From NCBI GenBank assembly GCA_027451365.1, contig DAIDJN010000039.1, positions 1 through 61,856 on the forward strand: a stretch of 61,856 nucleotides of DNA. Direction: 5' to 3'. The number at the start of each line of letters is the position of its first letter. Position 1 is the first letter of the stretch. The notes beneath the pieces were generated by a model. The model was not told the origin of the DNA. It was given only the letters and a program-made list of their open reading frames with translations, and ran no database searches. The stretch is from Phycisphaerales bacterium. GTDB lineage: Bacteria > Planctomycetota > Phycisphaerae > WQYP01. Made by a program: the position numbers and the translations under genes. Positions 29,916 to 39,649 of the stretch are shown here, one piece after another.

Positions 29916-31088
29916 ATGGCCCGATACCAGCGAATTGTGTTTGTGGGTGATATGGCCCTTGGCCATAATCGGAAGGCTATGGCCGGCCTTGCAGATTTTG
30001 CCAGCCATTCCCATGCCAGATATCGTCTCCATGTCTGCAGGGAACCGGAAATGCTTGGTGAACTTTGCCGTAAGGGGCGGGCGGAAGGCATTATTCTCTC
30101 AGATATTCCGGTGACATGGCATTCGTTCGTTCGCGAAATTGCCGCGCGCGTTCCACTGGTCGAAATGTCGCTGGATCGAACTGGCACCGCGGGGGTAAAT
30201 GTCTGCGTTCGCGATGAAAGTATTGGTGAACTGGCCGCGATGTATTTTATAGATCGCGGCTTCCGAAAGCTGATCTATGCCGGTCCAGCGAATTCTCCCT
30301 GTTCCGATGCCCGATGGGCGGGCTTCCGGCAATTCGCGATGAAGCGGGGCATTTCGGCGGATGGTGTTACACATCTGAATTCTGGAATGCCTGCCAATGT
30401 TCCAGATATAGCCGCGCTCGCGCGCCGGCTCAAGCGTATCCGGCATAAGACGGCGATTTTTGCCACGGACGACGAACTGGCGGCTCTACTGGTGGAAGCC
30501 TGCCAGGAAGCCAGACTTCCAGTTCCTGATAAAGTTGCGATTCTTGGTGTCGGAGATGATGAGCTGTTTACCCTCCTTTCCGCGCCCAGTTTATCCAGCA
30601 TCTCCATCAACAGTCGGGAAATGGCCCGTATTGCAATGGGGCTGCTGGATCGGCTGTTGCGTGGAATGCAGGTTGAAGCGATGCATTATATTGGCCGCCC
30701 GACGGGTGTTGTGACCCGCTTATCCTCCGACCGCTTCGGCATTGAAGATGAACTCGTTCGCCGCGCGCTGTCTTTGATACAAAGTCGTGTTCAGGAAGGG
30801 CTTTCTGTAAAATGGCTGGCATCAGAAATTGGCGTATCCAGGCCCACGCTGGAACGCCGCTTCGCATCGGCGCTCAGGTCGAGTCCGGCGGTTGAAATTT
30901 CCAGAACCCAGGCCGAACTGGCGCGGCGTATTTTGGTCACCACGGACAAGCCAATCGAGCGAATCGCCGTGGATGTCGGCTATTCGTCCGCAAGACAATT
31001 GCGTATTTCATTGCGGGATCATTTTGGGAAAACTCCCAGTGAATTGCGGGGTACAACGGCCAAAGGTTCGGTCGCTCTGGCTGTTTAA
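29916..31088 (+). CDS. XylR-type regulator (PBP sensor domain plus AraC HTH)
   Basis: VPDKVAILGVGDD, PSLSSI, GVSRPTLERRF and GKTPSELR motifs. GAGG RBS. Confidence 0.9.
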   Translation: MARYQRIVFVGDMALGHNRKAMAGLADFASHSHARYRLHVCREPEMLGELCRKGRAEGIILSDIPVTWHSFVREIAARVPLVEMSLDRTGTAGVNVCVRDESIGELAAMYFIDRGFRKLIYAGPANSPCSDARWAGFRQFAMKRGISADGVTHLNSGMPANVPDIAALARRLKRIRHKTAIFATDDELAALLVEACQEARLPVPDKVAILGVGDDELFTLLSAPSLSSISINSREMARIAMGLLDRLLRGMQVEAMHYIGRPTGVVTRLSSDRFGIEDELVRRALSLIQSRVQEGLSVKWLASEIGVSRPTLERRFASALRSSPAVEISRTQAELARRILVTTDKPIERIAVDVGYSSARQLRISLRDHFGKTPSELRGTTAKGSVALAV

Positions 31089-31191
31089 ATACAGCCCTGG
31101 CCTTGCAGAGTTCGGCAGATATTCTTTAAGATGCGACGGCCCGATTGTAAGTCAGTCGCGGCATGCCGCGGAAATTCATCCACAGGTGCTT

Positions 31192-33354
31192 ATGAATCGA
31201 CGTGCTTTTCTGGGTCTTATCGGGTTGCTTTCAACTGTGCCCGCCGCAGTGCCCGCAGCCGGTTCGCCTCCTCAATCCGATCCGCAGCCTGACGGGGTAC
31301 CCCAGGCATCTGAACTATCGGGCGACTGGATGTCATTTGCCGACCTTCACACGCTTCCATCCGTTAACAGTCCCAAGGGCGGCTGTCAGGTTGGCGCGAA
31401 CCTTTTATCGATTGAGGCACTGACCTTTCCGCCATTCAGCCAGGGGGGAGGAACGGCCGGCCTGTCCATCAATGGCACGCCGATAAACGCGGCGGCGTAT
31501 CGCTGGTGCCCCCATGAAGTATTGCGGCGAGCCGTTGTGCCCGGAACAATGCTGCACTGCGACACGGCAGTTCGACTATGCCATGACTGTCCGCTTGTGC
31601 TTTTGAGCCTGCGAATGCATAACGCCGGTAATCTGGCGCAAACTGTCCACCTTGAAATCGCGCTGGACGCATATATTCGCAACGAGCCGGGAGTCTGGTC
31701 CTGGTGGGTACCGCGTCCGGCTAAAGCGGCGGAATTTAAATTGAATGCGTCCACTGGCACGCAAACGGTGACGATTGAGGATGCACGCAGCGCCTCGGCG
31801 GCCAGTTTTGCGTTTTCTGGACTGGCACCGAGGCGGATTAACCGCAGTGAACATTCGGCAACCGCACATTGGAACCTGTTGATTCCACCTGCCCAGGGGG
31901 TGCACATTGGTATGGTGCTGGCGGTGGGCGAAACCCCAGCACAAAGTGCCGCTCTGGCGACCCGCCGCGCTGCCGCGTTTGAATTGCATTTTGCCGAAGT
32001 CCAGGCAGCCTGGCAGCAACAATTTGAATCTGCCTTCACCCCCGGCAACAAGCTGTTTTCGGGAAATCTTCCCGTTTTGCACACGACTGATGTGGAAATG
32101 CGACGTGTCTATTACATGTCGGTTGCGTCTCTGCTTGCGCTTCAACGGCGCTGCTTTTCGACAGCGCAAAATGCGTACGTCACGGGTGGTCCGCAATGCG
32201 CCGCGTCGTTAATGTATTTCTGGGATACATTTACATGGTCGACACTTCATGCCCTGCTGGACCCGGAAAATATGAAAAAGATGCTGCTGCGCTGGCTGAA
32301 TCTGAATATTCACAACTGCTATGCGCAGGACATGAATTCTGGAGCGGGCGTGGGACCGTGGTACAGTTTTAATGATTATGTTGTATTTTATCAAATAGAT
32401 ACATACATTCGTGTAACCGGCGACATTGCGTTTCTTCATATGCCGGTGGCCGGCGGGACGGTTCTGGATCAGTTGGAAAAAATGGCATTCTGGTGGCGGC
32501 GGCTGGTCAAGCCGGGCTGTCCGCTAGCGGATTACGGCCTCGCCGATAACCTGCTCGAATGCGTACCCACTTATGCCCATGTGGTTGCATCCTTAAATGC
32601 CGCGAATGTCTGGATGATGCGACAATTGTCAGCTTGGCTGCATATGACCGGCGCACGCCACCAGGCCGATGCGGCGGCGCGGGAGGCTGAAAAACTGGCC
32701 GGCCATGTGAAAGACCTTTACATTCCCGGCACTGGATACTGGAACACGATTCATCCCGGTGAACGAAAAGTGCCGGTTCGCCATTGCATCGACTTTTTTA
32801 CGGTCATTGCCTGCATGAACAGAGATATGTCTCCTTTAATGCGGCATCAGATGGCGGAATTTGTAGACCTGCATTTATTGACGGACCATTGGATGCGGGC
32901 ACTGGCCATCGATGATCCCGCCGCGCCCGTATCCAATCGCCCGGACCACGGTCCGATGGGGGCATACGATGCGTGGCCTCCGTTTACCATAGATGCCCTG
33001 TGCCGAATTGGACATTGGCCGATGGCTTTGGCTTTTCTTCGCCGATGCGCACGGACAACCCGTGAAGGGTGTTATGGCCAATCGCACGAATTGCTCACGA
33101 CATCCGATAATTCACCGGTCCGTAAGGCGCACCGGGGCGGCCAAATGTATAATTGCTCCTGCTCTGGAGCGTTCGCCGATGTTATAATCCGAACTTTCTT
33201 CGGAGTAGAATTTGATCATGAAGGGCGGCCAACACCCTTATCCCCAAGTGTTGCCAGAGGGTTTTCCGGAACGCTCATTGGTATCCGGGCGGGTACGCCC
33301 AATGCGCGGCATTGGTCGGTTCACAGCGGTGCCAGCGGTTTGAAGATAGAATAA
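31192..33354 (+). CDS. Tat-exported glycoside hydrolase, probable six-hairpin (GH63/GH78/amylo-glucosidase-like clan) fold
   Basis: Twin-arginine signal MNRRAFLG, a YFWDT motif and a helical C-terminal domain. Family not assignable by eye. Confidence 0.65.
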   Translation: MNRRAFLGLIGLLSTVPAAVPAAGSPPQSDPQPDGVPQASELSGDWMSFADLHTLPSVNSPKGGCQVGANLLSIEALTFPPFSQGGGTAGLSINGTPINAAAYRWCPHEVLRRAVVPGTMLHCDTAVRLCHDCPLVLLSLRMHNAGNLAQTVHLEIALDAYIRNEPGVWSWWVPRPAKAAEFKLNASTGTQTVTIEDARSASAASFAFSGLAPRRINRSEHSATAHWNLLIPPAQGVHIGMVLAVGETPAQSAALATRRAAAFELHFAEVQAAWQQQFESAFTPGNKLFSGNLPVLHTTDVEMRRVYYMSVASLLALQRRCFSTAQNAYVTGGPQCAASLMYFWDTFTWSTLHALLDPENMKKMLLRWLNLNIHNCYAQDMNSGAGVGPWYSFNDYVVFYQIDTYIRVTGDIAFLHMPVAGGTVLDQLEKMAFWWRRLVKPGCPLADYGLADNLLECVPTYAHVVASLNAANVWMMRQLSAWLHMTGARHQADAAAREAEKLAGHVKDLYIPGTGYWNTIHPGERKVPVRHCIDFFTVIACMNRDMSPLMRHQMAEFVDLHLLTDHWMRALAIDDPAAPVSNRPDHGPMGAYDAWPPFTIDALCRIGHWPMALAFLRRCARTTREGCYGQSHELLTTSDNSPVRKAHRGGQMYNCSCSGAFADVIIRTFFGVEFDHEGRPTPLSPSVARGFSGTLIGIRAGTPNARHWSVHSGASGLKIE

Positions 33355-34030
33355 AATGTGGTCAATGAATATGATTATTCATAACAAACGCAAGTCGCCT
33401 GTTCTTGGCGAGCAACCTGGCTGATTTTCCTTAGCCCGCATTCATGACACCACTGATATACCTCTTGCGGCCAATAACTGAACCTAATCGATCATTTGAA
33501 AATTGAGCGTAAGGGTGTTCTTTCGCGCGTCTTCGTGTCGAAGCGGTAAAAATCGGCTATTGGCCATCAATCCTCGCTTTTTTGTCCTTGGGCGTATCGT
33601 CAACACTTTGGCGAAAAATTCACCGCGGGGGACGCGGAGGAACGCAGATGATTTGGAATTGATTCACTTGTATTTATGTTGTTGATTGAAATTCCGAATG
33701 CCCCGGCGCGGTGCAGGCACCAATCAACAATCGGGCGAAACTTGCCGACCAGGAAATAAAATCCTGCTGATGCATGCGTCACTGACTGGCCTGGACTACG
33801 TCGCGACGGGGCAGGCCCGGGGATTGTCCCCAGCCTTCAACCACCGCTGGACGTTGCAGTTGCGGCTAAGGCCTGTCCCCTGCGCGAGCCCGCTGATATC
33901 GGGATTATTTTACTTCCCGATCGCCAATAACCGGATGTAGCCGCTCGCAACGTCCGGCAAAGATCGCGATTAATCGAAAAATTTGTCGACCGCCACTCAG
34001 GCGGAACATGAGAGGCGCGTTTCGATCGGG

Positions 34031-34073
34031 AAAAATAAAAAACCTCCGGAAGAATTGTCAGTTCTTCCGGAGG
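34031..34073 (-). terminator. Rho-independent terminator of PEP-CTERM gene 2
   Basis: CCTCCGGAAGAA-7 nt loop-TTCTTCCGGAGG, followed by TTTTTTATTTTT on the minus strand. Confidence 0.9.
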
Positions 34074-34126
34074 AGGAATAGCAAAGACATTTCCTTAATT
34101 ACAGGCTTGCGCTCCGCAAGTCAGAT

Positions 34127-35761
34127 TCAGGCAGTTACCGCGGTGCGGCGGCGTTTGACAAGCAACATGCCAGCGGCACCAAGTCCGAACAATACCACCG
34201 CAGCCGGTTCCGGAACGGCCGTGCTGTACAGACCACTTACCTGACCGGCGGTTAATGCGGAATTCCATGTCGAGAAATCGTTATAACTGCCCATCAGGGA
34301 TGGGTCATTAAACGGATCGACGCCGCCAATGCCAACGTATTTGGCATAGGTTGAAAGATTAAAGGAGGTAACACCGGACGGCAAAATAATCAGCCCGGAT
34401 TCCTGCAGTACGCCATTTTCGTACAGCGAGGCGGTATTGGTAGCCGCACTGTAAACCAGCACTTCCTGCGTAAGCACCCCGGTTGGAACGGGCTGACCGT
34501 TGCCATTGATAAGACCACTCGCACCTGCGCCATTTGGCTGTATGGCAACGGCCGCTACACCGGAACCGTCGTTGCGGTGCGGTTGGAACAAAAGAAATCC
34601 AGCACCCGGATTACCCTGCGTACCGAATGAAAATACGCTGTCCCAACTGCCTGTTGGATCATTGGCATTGCGGGTAAATGTGACCGCAACAGAAAAATCC
34701 CCGGTGTAATTGGTGAACGTTGCACCTGGAACGGTCATTCCATTACCCGGGCTTGTCGTGGTGGTTACCAATTGGGTTCCGACCACGCTGGTATTGGAGC
34801 CGACGATCGTTCCAGCTGTAGCGGCTGTGCCGGCGGTGCCAATATCCGAAACCGACGTGCCGCTGATGACCGATCTGGCGAAGTTCCATTCATCCGTCGG
34901 GGTTGGAGCGGGACTCGGCGTTGGAGCGGACGCGGCCGGCGTCACACTGCTGGCCAGCGCATTGGTGGTCCAGTAGGTTGGGGTCGTTCCGCCGGTAGGT
35001 GCGGTAACGGAGAAATTCATGCCGGCACCGCCGCCTTCCTGATAGTTCATGATTTCAATGGGATAATAGCCCGCCGAGCTGAAACTCACGGCCGCAGTGT
35101 AATTGGATGTGCCAATTTTGCTATTGTCATATGACGCGGCAACAATTTGCGTTCCAGAGCCGGCATTGCCAGTTGGGGTAATGCCCGTACCGCCGATAAA
35201 TACGGTGGCGGCGTCATCCGCGTGTGTGAAGGCAAAATTGTAAGTCCCTGCGGACGCAATCTTTATATACCCCATCTGATCGACAATCGAATTCACCCAA
35301 GGTGCCGGATCCGTCAGCGTGGCACCGGCTGCATCCGCACCCAGATAGCCAGCCGTATTAAATCCTGCCCAGAAGATGCTGCCGCCGGTCGAGTTATATG
35401 CGAACTTATCCGCCGTATTCAGAAATGTTTCCGATGCGGGGGGCAAGGTATTGGTGGTCCCAAGCGTTTTGTTGGTGTACGCGCCAGTGCTGATATAGCT
35501 TTCCATATTGGTCAAATCTGTTAAGGTCGGATCCCCAGCCGCAGGCAAACCATAATTTCCCGATCCGGCGCCGTCTGGTGGAAGATGCCATACCGTACCA
35601 ATAAGCCCCTGCGTCAGGCCACTGGCACCAAGGTTAAGTGTCGGCGAACTGGTAATACTGATGGTACCACCAACACCGAATGCCATTGACGCCCCCATCA
35701 GCGACATGCCCGCCGCGGACAAAAACGCCAGCCGCTGTTTGGAAATGAATTTGGACGACAT
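34127..35761 (-). CDS. PEP-CTERM surface protein with PA14-like and LamG/ConA-like domains
   Basis: GYIKIASAGTYNF...ADDA...GYYPIEI.NYQEGGGA (PA14-like). LYENG...IGG...GSYNDFSTWNSALTAGQV (LamG-like). C-terminal VPEP-TM-KRRR. Confidence 0.88.
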   Translation of the reverse strand: MSSKFISKQRLAFLSAAGMSLMGASMAFGVGGTISITSSPTLNLGASGLTQGLIGTVWHLPPDGAGSGNYGLPAAGDPTLTDLTNMESYISTGAYTNKTLGTTNTLPPASETFLNTADKFAYNSTGGSIFWAGFNTAGYLGADAAGATLTDPAPWVNSIVDQMGYIKIASAGTYNFAFTHADDAATVFIGGTGITPTGNAGSGTQIVAASYDNSKIGTSNYTAAVSFSSAGYYPIEIMNYQEGGGAGMNFSVTAPTGGTTPTYWTTNALASSVTPAASAPTPSPAPTPTDEWNFARSVISGTSVSDIGTAGTAATAGTIVGSNTSVVGTQLVTTTTSPGNGMTVPGATFTNYTGDFSVAVTFTRNANDPTGSWDSVFSFGTQGNPGAGFLLFQPHRNDGSGVAAVAIQPNGAGASGLINGNGQPVPTGVLTQEVLVYSAATNTASLYENGVLQESGLIILPSGVTSFNLSTYAKYVGIGGVDPFNDPSLMGSYNDFSTWNSALTAGQVSGLYSTAVPEPAAVVLFGLGAAGMLLVKRRRTAVTA

Positions 35762-35910
35762 AGAAAAACCTCCCTTAAAAAGAAACACTAAATAGCACAG
35801 GTTTCAAGCTGCGAAACGATTTCTGCAGCATTCCTGCAAGGTGTTATGTCCTGACTGAAAGTGCCTCAATGCCTCCCGAGTTTGCTTTAAAAACATGAAA
35901 GCAAAGACCG

Positions 35911-36906
35911 TTAGTAGTAACCGACAATGGGCTTATGAATCTGATGATCCAGATTCCAGTCCGCGTTCATCTGACCGCCGTTTTGGGCCGGATTAACTTC
36001 AACCAGGTCCTTCTGGGTGTCATAACTTACATGGCCATCGGCCCAGACTACGTTGGAACCATAGTTGTGAATAGCGCCGGGCCATTCGGCCCACTGCACC
36101 ACACCGGGTACCGATGTTTGGGTAAGCGGTATATTGCTGCGCGTCGGGTCCACGTTGTAGATGAAAGCGTAATTGGGAAGACCATGGGTCGCATCATCAA
36201 TTCGATCAGTAATCGCGATCATGGACGATGGATTCACTACACGGCTGACGTTGATCTGCGGATAACCGACGCCTGGCGGAGATGTTGGCGGTTGGCCAAT
36301 CATATCTCCACCCAATCCTTCTCCACCGGAAGGCGTGCCAATCGGCGGCGATATGGCCAATGTACCCCAGTCGTTATAACCATACGAAAAAGCTGGTAAT
36401 GAAAGTTGCGGACCGCTGACAGCCTGCCAGTTGCCGCCCAGATACAGAACCTGTTGGGCCTCATGATAACCGAAGCCTTCCAGAATCGAGCCTCGGGCAT
36501 AACCGATGGGTACATTCGGGCCGGTGAAGGTAATCATATATCCCAAGTATTGCATATTGATATTGCGCGCGGGGCAATAGAACAACTTCGCCGAGCCAGG
36601 CCCCATCATTGTCATGAGCCGGGGAACCCAGCAGCAGAAATTATTGGACGCAGCCGCAGGCCCATCCACCACTTCCGTGCCGGGATAGAACCCTTTCCAT
36701 GTCTGTACATATTGCTGCATAGCTTGGCCCATGGATCGCTCATTAGAAGCGCAGGCCACGGATTCAGCATCCGCTTTGGCCGCCGCCAGCGCCGGCAGGA
36801 GCAATGCAATAAGCAACACGATTATGGAAATTACCACCATAAGCTCAATCAGCGTAAATCCCCCTTTGGCGGATTTCCGGCAGATGCCAGTGGAAAAATT
36901 CCTCAT
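35911..36906 (-). CDS. Prepilin-type N-methylation protein with an H-X9-DG motif (DUF1559-like)
   Basis: GFTLIELMVVISIIVLLIALLLPAL, CASN, FYCP and HNYGSNVVWADGHV motifs. AAGGAG RBS. Confidence 0.92.
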   Translation of the reverse strand: MRNFSTGICRKSAKGGFTLIELMVVISIIVLLIALLLPALAAAKADAESVACASNERSMGQAMQQYVQTWKGFYPGTEVVDGPAAASNNFCCWVPRLMTMMGPGSAKLFYCPARNINMQYLGYMITFTGPNVPIGYARGSILEGFGYHEAQQVLYLGGNWQAVSGPQLSLPAFSYGYNDWGTLAISPPIGTPSGGEGLGGDMIGQPPTSPPGVGYPQINVSRVVNPSSMIAITDRIDDATHGLPNYAFIYNVDPTRSNIPLTQTSVPGVVQWAEWPGAIHNYGSNVVWADGHVSYDTQKDLVEVNPAQNGGQMNADWNLDHQIHKPIVGYY

Positions 36907-37177
36907 CACATTACTCCTTAGTGGTCCGATGACTTGGGACGTCATTCAACAGGGTGCATCAACTTAAAACAGTTGAATAAATTGCCTTCCGCAGGGGAAG
37001 GCCTCGCATAACAACATTCTGGCGTTGTAAACAGCCTTAAGTCGCAGCCAGATATTCGCTTACCAGACGCACGACCGCCAGAAAACGCCAGTGAACCGCG
37101 GCATGTCCGCCGCCTGAAAGATTCACAGGTTGGCCGGTCTGAAATGAACTCAAACCTTTATATAGCCAACTAGGTTA

Positions 37178-37206
37178 AGTTTATATTGAATCGACATTCA
37201 TGTCAA
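37178..37206 (-). promoter_or_regulatory. Sigma70-type promoter of pilin/PEP-CTERM cassette 2
   Basis: TTGACA-17 nt-TAAACT, implying a 5' UTR of roughly 265 nt. Confidence 0.55.
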
Positions 37207-37597
37207 GACAAAACTTTAATTTTTTTATTCATTATCCCATTAAAAGCCGCCTGCGGCCTGGTGGCAAGCCAACGACCGGATTCTGGGACATACAAAGTTG
37301 AAATATCGAAACTTCAGGCAATATCCGCACCTTGTGCGGTGCATCTATACTTTGAACTATAAGTCTATTCGCCTCGAGCTAATGCGGCAACACCTAATCC
37401 ACCCGGGCATTCCGCGCCATATATGTTGATATAGCATTTGTGGTGCAGGGAAATTGAATCGTATTTCAAGCACCATCTGGCTGTCTCCATGGAGTGTGTT
37501 ACTATATTATCCGCTTGACGCACGATGCCGGGTAGGACCAGCGGATTCGGGTATCAGGGTATGAATGACAACTTCTGGGCTTTTGTAAGGATCATGG

Positions 37598-38617
37598 ATG
37601 AGCACCGCGGATGCAGAACTTTTGGCCCAATGCCGACAACTCATAAACCAAACGGGCATAAAAGAAGACCCGGAACTGGCGGCCGAAATTCTGCATGCCG
37701 CTCTTCGACTGGTGAAAGATTCCCCCGGGCGGGCTGACAGCAAACTGGTGCTGCGCACACTCAAGGAATTGCGTTATGGATTTAAGATATTCCGGCCCTA
37801 TCAGGGGCAGCGGAAAATAAGTATATTTGGCTCTGCGCGCACACCGGCCGCTGATCCGGATTATCAGTTGGCCGCGGAATTTGGCCGGCGGATTGCCCGT
37901 GCGGGATATATGGTGATTACCGGTGCGGGCGGCGGCATCATGGAAGCCGGGCACCAGGGTGCCGGGCAGGAAAATTCGTTTGGCGTGGCGATTAAACTGC
38001 CGTTTGAACAGGCGACCAATTCGGTGATTGCCGGCGATGAAAAGTTGGCGCATTTCCGCTACTTTTTTTCGCGCAAGCTGATGCTGCTGAAAGAAACGCA
38101 TGCAATTGCCCTGTTTCCGGGCGGTTTTGGCACACATGACGAAGCCTTTGAAGTGCTGACGCTGATATCCACAGGCCGAACCGATCCTTTGCCCATTGTT
38201 CTGCTGGAACATTCACATGGCAATTACTGGAAAAAATGGGAGGAATTTATACGCGTAAATCTGTTGAATCGCGGCTTTATTTCGCCGGAGGATATGGCGC
38301 TGTGGACCATCGCCCGCGATGTGGGCGATGCCATTGATCACATTCAACGGTTTTACAGCAATTATCATTCGATGCGTTTCCAGCGCGACGATCTGATTCT
38401 GCGGCTGGCCAACGCGCCCCAGCCCGACGGCCTGGCCAGCATTGGCCGGGAATTTTCCGATCTGCTGCGTCCGGGGGGAACATTCCGGGTGGCGGGGTCG
38501 GATATTGAGCCTGCCGGAGCACCTGTTCCGGAATTTGCGAGGCTGGTATTCCCATTCAACCGCCGCGCGCCTGGACGGCTACGCATGTTGATAGACCGGC
38601 TGAATGAAAACAGGTGA
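37598..38617 (+). CDS. LOG-family nucleotide phosphoribohydrolase (long form)
   Basis: IFGSART, ITGAGGGIMEAG, FFSRK and PGGFGTHDE motifs. Confidence 0.9.
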   Translation: MSTADAELLAQCRQLINQTGIKEDPELAAEILHAALRLVKDSPGRADSKLVLRTLKELRYGFKIFRPYQGQRKISIFGSARTPAADPDYQLAAEFGRRIARAGYMVITGAGGGIMEAGHQGAGQENSFGVAIKLPFEQATNSVIAGDEKLAHFRYFFSRKLMLLKETHAIALFPGGFGTHDEAFEVLTLISTGRTDPLPIVLLEHSHGNYWKKWEEFIRVNLLNRGFISPEDMALWTIARDVGDAIDHIQRFYSNYHSMRFQRDDLILRLANAPQPDGLASIGREFSDLLRPGGTFRVAGSDIEPAGAPVPEFARLVFPFNRRAPGRLRMLIDRLNENR

Positions 38618-38815
38618 GATGTCAGCGATTTATTTTGCGATTGGCGCGCGGCGACCAGGGGCACGACAATTCGTGCTGGCGGCCACGCGAGTTCGCGGTG
38701 TCTGGGGACTGTTTGTTGCGAAGCGGTTGCTTTGGCGGGCGAGACACCCGCCCCCCAGTGGGCAAATCGGATAGCGGTCAATGGGCTGCCAAAGCCGGGA
38801 GCAGCCACTGTTGTT

Positions 38816-39649
38816 TTAGACAGTGGCTTTGCGTTTGCGCAGCGCAAGCGCCAGCAGGCCGAGTCCGCCTGCGGCGGTTAAGGGCAATGTGGCAGGAATC
38901 GGCAAGGGGCCGCCAGCGGGGTATGGCGAAGTAATTACCGGACCACCAGGTGTCACTTCCAAATCACCCGGGCCACTGCCCGTCCCGAAATAAACCTCGT
39001 TCAGGTTGATATTCGGTAATCCTGTCGCACCCTTGATTTGAAGGACAAATTCGGGGCCGTTTAATAGGAATGTTGAGTTATTGCTTGTGAAGAACCCATT
39101 ATTCGCGCTAGGGTAAGGATTTCCTGAAGACGCCGGGGTCGACGCCACCAGAGCGATTCCCTGGTTCCCATAGAACTGAAAAACGCCGCCAGCCAAGGAA
39201 TTACCCACCCAATTAGCATTCTGTTTTACATTATTTAGAGTGGTGTCTTCCGATGGGCTGATTAGACTGGTAGAATAGCTCGTTCCGGTAATCGTTTCGG
39301 TCGATCCGATTAGCCTAATATCGGACGGCAAAAGGTCCGCTTTACCAGTACTCAAAGTAAACTCTATACCTTTGAGGAGGTTCGTGTTGCTAAGCATCGT
39401 GCTGGTGTTGTCCAATGTAATCGAGAGGGCATAATTTCCGCTCCCCGCGGTACCAACTTGAGTCATACCAAACGTAACGGTCGCTTGATACGCTCCAGCA
39501 GCATACGTGCTCGTCGCAGTGTTTGAAACGCTGAATGATGCAGGGTAAGTTGTCCCTGCGAACGCCATCCCAGAAGAGGAAAATATAGCACCCATGCCTG
39601 CAATGCCAACCGCTAGCGCGCTAATTTGTCCGGTTAATTTCTTGCCCAT
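38816..39649 (-). CDS. Secreted protein with a PEP-CTERM-like (PLPIPA) C-terminal sorting signal
   Basis: Signal peptide, Ser/Thr/Gly-rich body, C-terminal PLPIPATLPLTAAGGLGLLALALRKRKATV. AAGGAG RBS. Confidence 0.75.
   Translation of the reverse strand: MGKKLTGQISALAVGIAGMGAIFSSSGMAFAGTTYPASFSVSNTATSTYAAGAYQATVTFGMTQVGTAGSGNYALSITLDNTSTMLSNTNLLKGIEFTLSTGKADLLPSDIRLIGSTETITGTSYSTSLISPSEDTTLNNVKQNANWVGNSLAGGVFQFYGNQGIALVASTPASSGNPYPSANNGFFTSNNSTFLLNGPEFVLQIKGATGLPNINLNEVYFGTGSGPGDLEVTPGGPVITSPYPAGGPLPIPATLPLTAAGGLGLLALALRKRKATV

Noticed and set aside
30829..31191. Extended N-terminus of the glycosidase overlapping the XylR gene
   Set aside because: The Tat signal at 31192 defines the start.
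33801..33957. HDV-like ribozyme reading of the interlocking stems
   Set aside because: No P3/L3 consensus is present and stem lengths do not fit, so it is kept only as a generic structured element.
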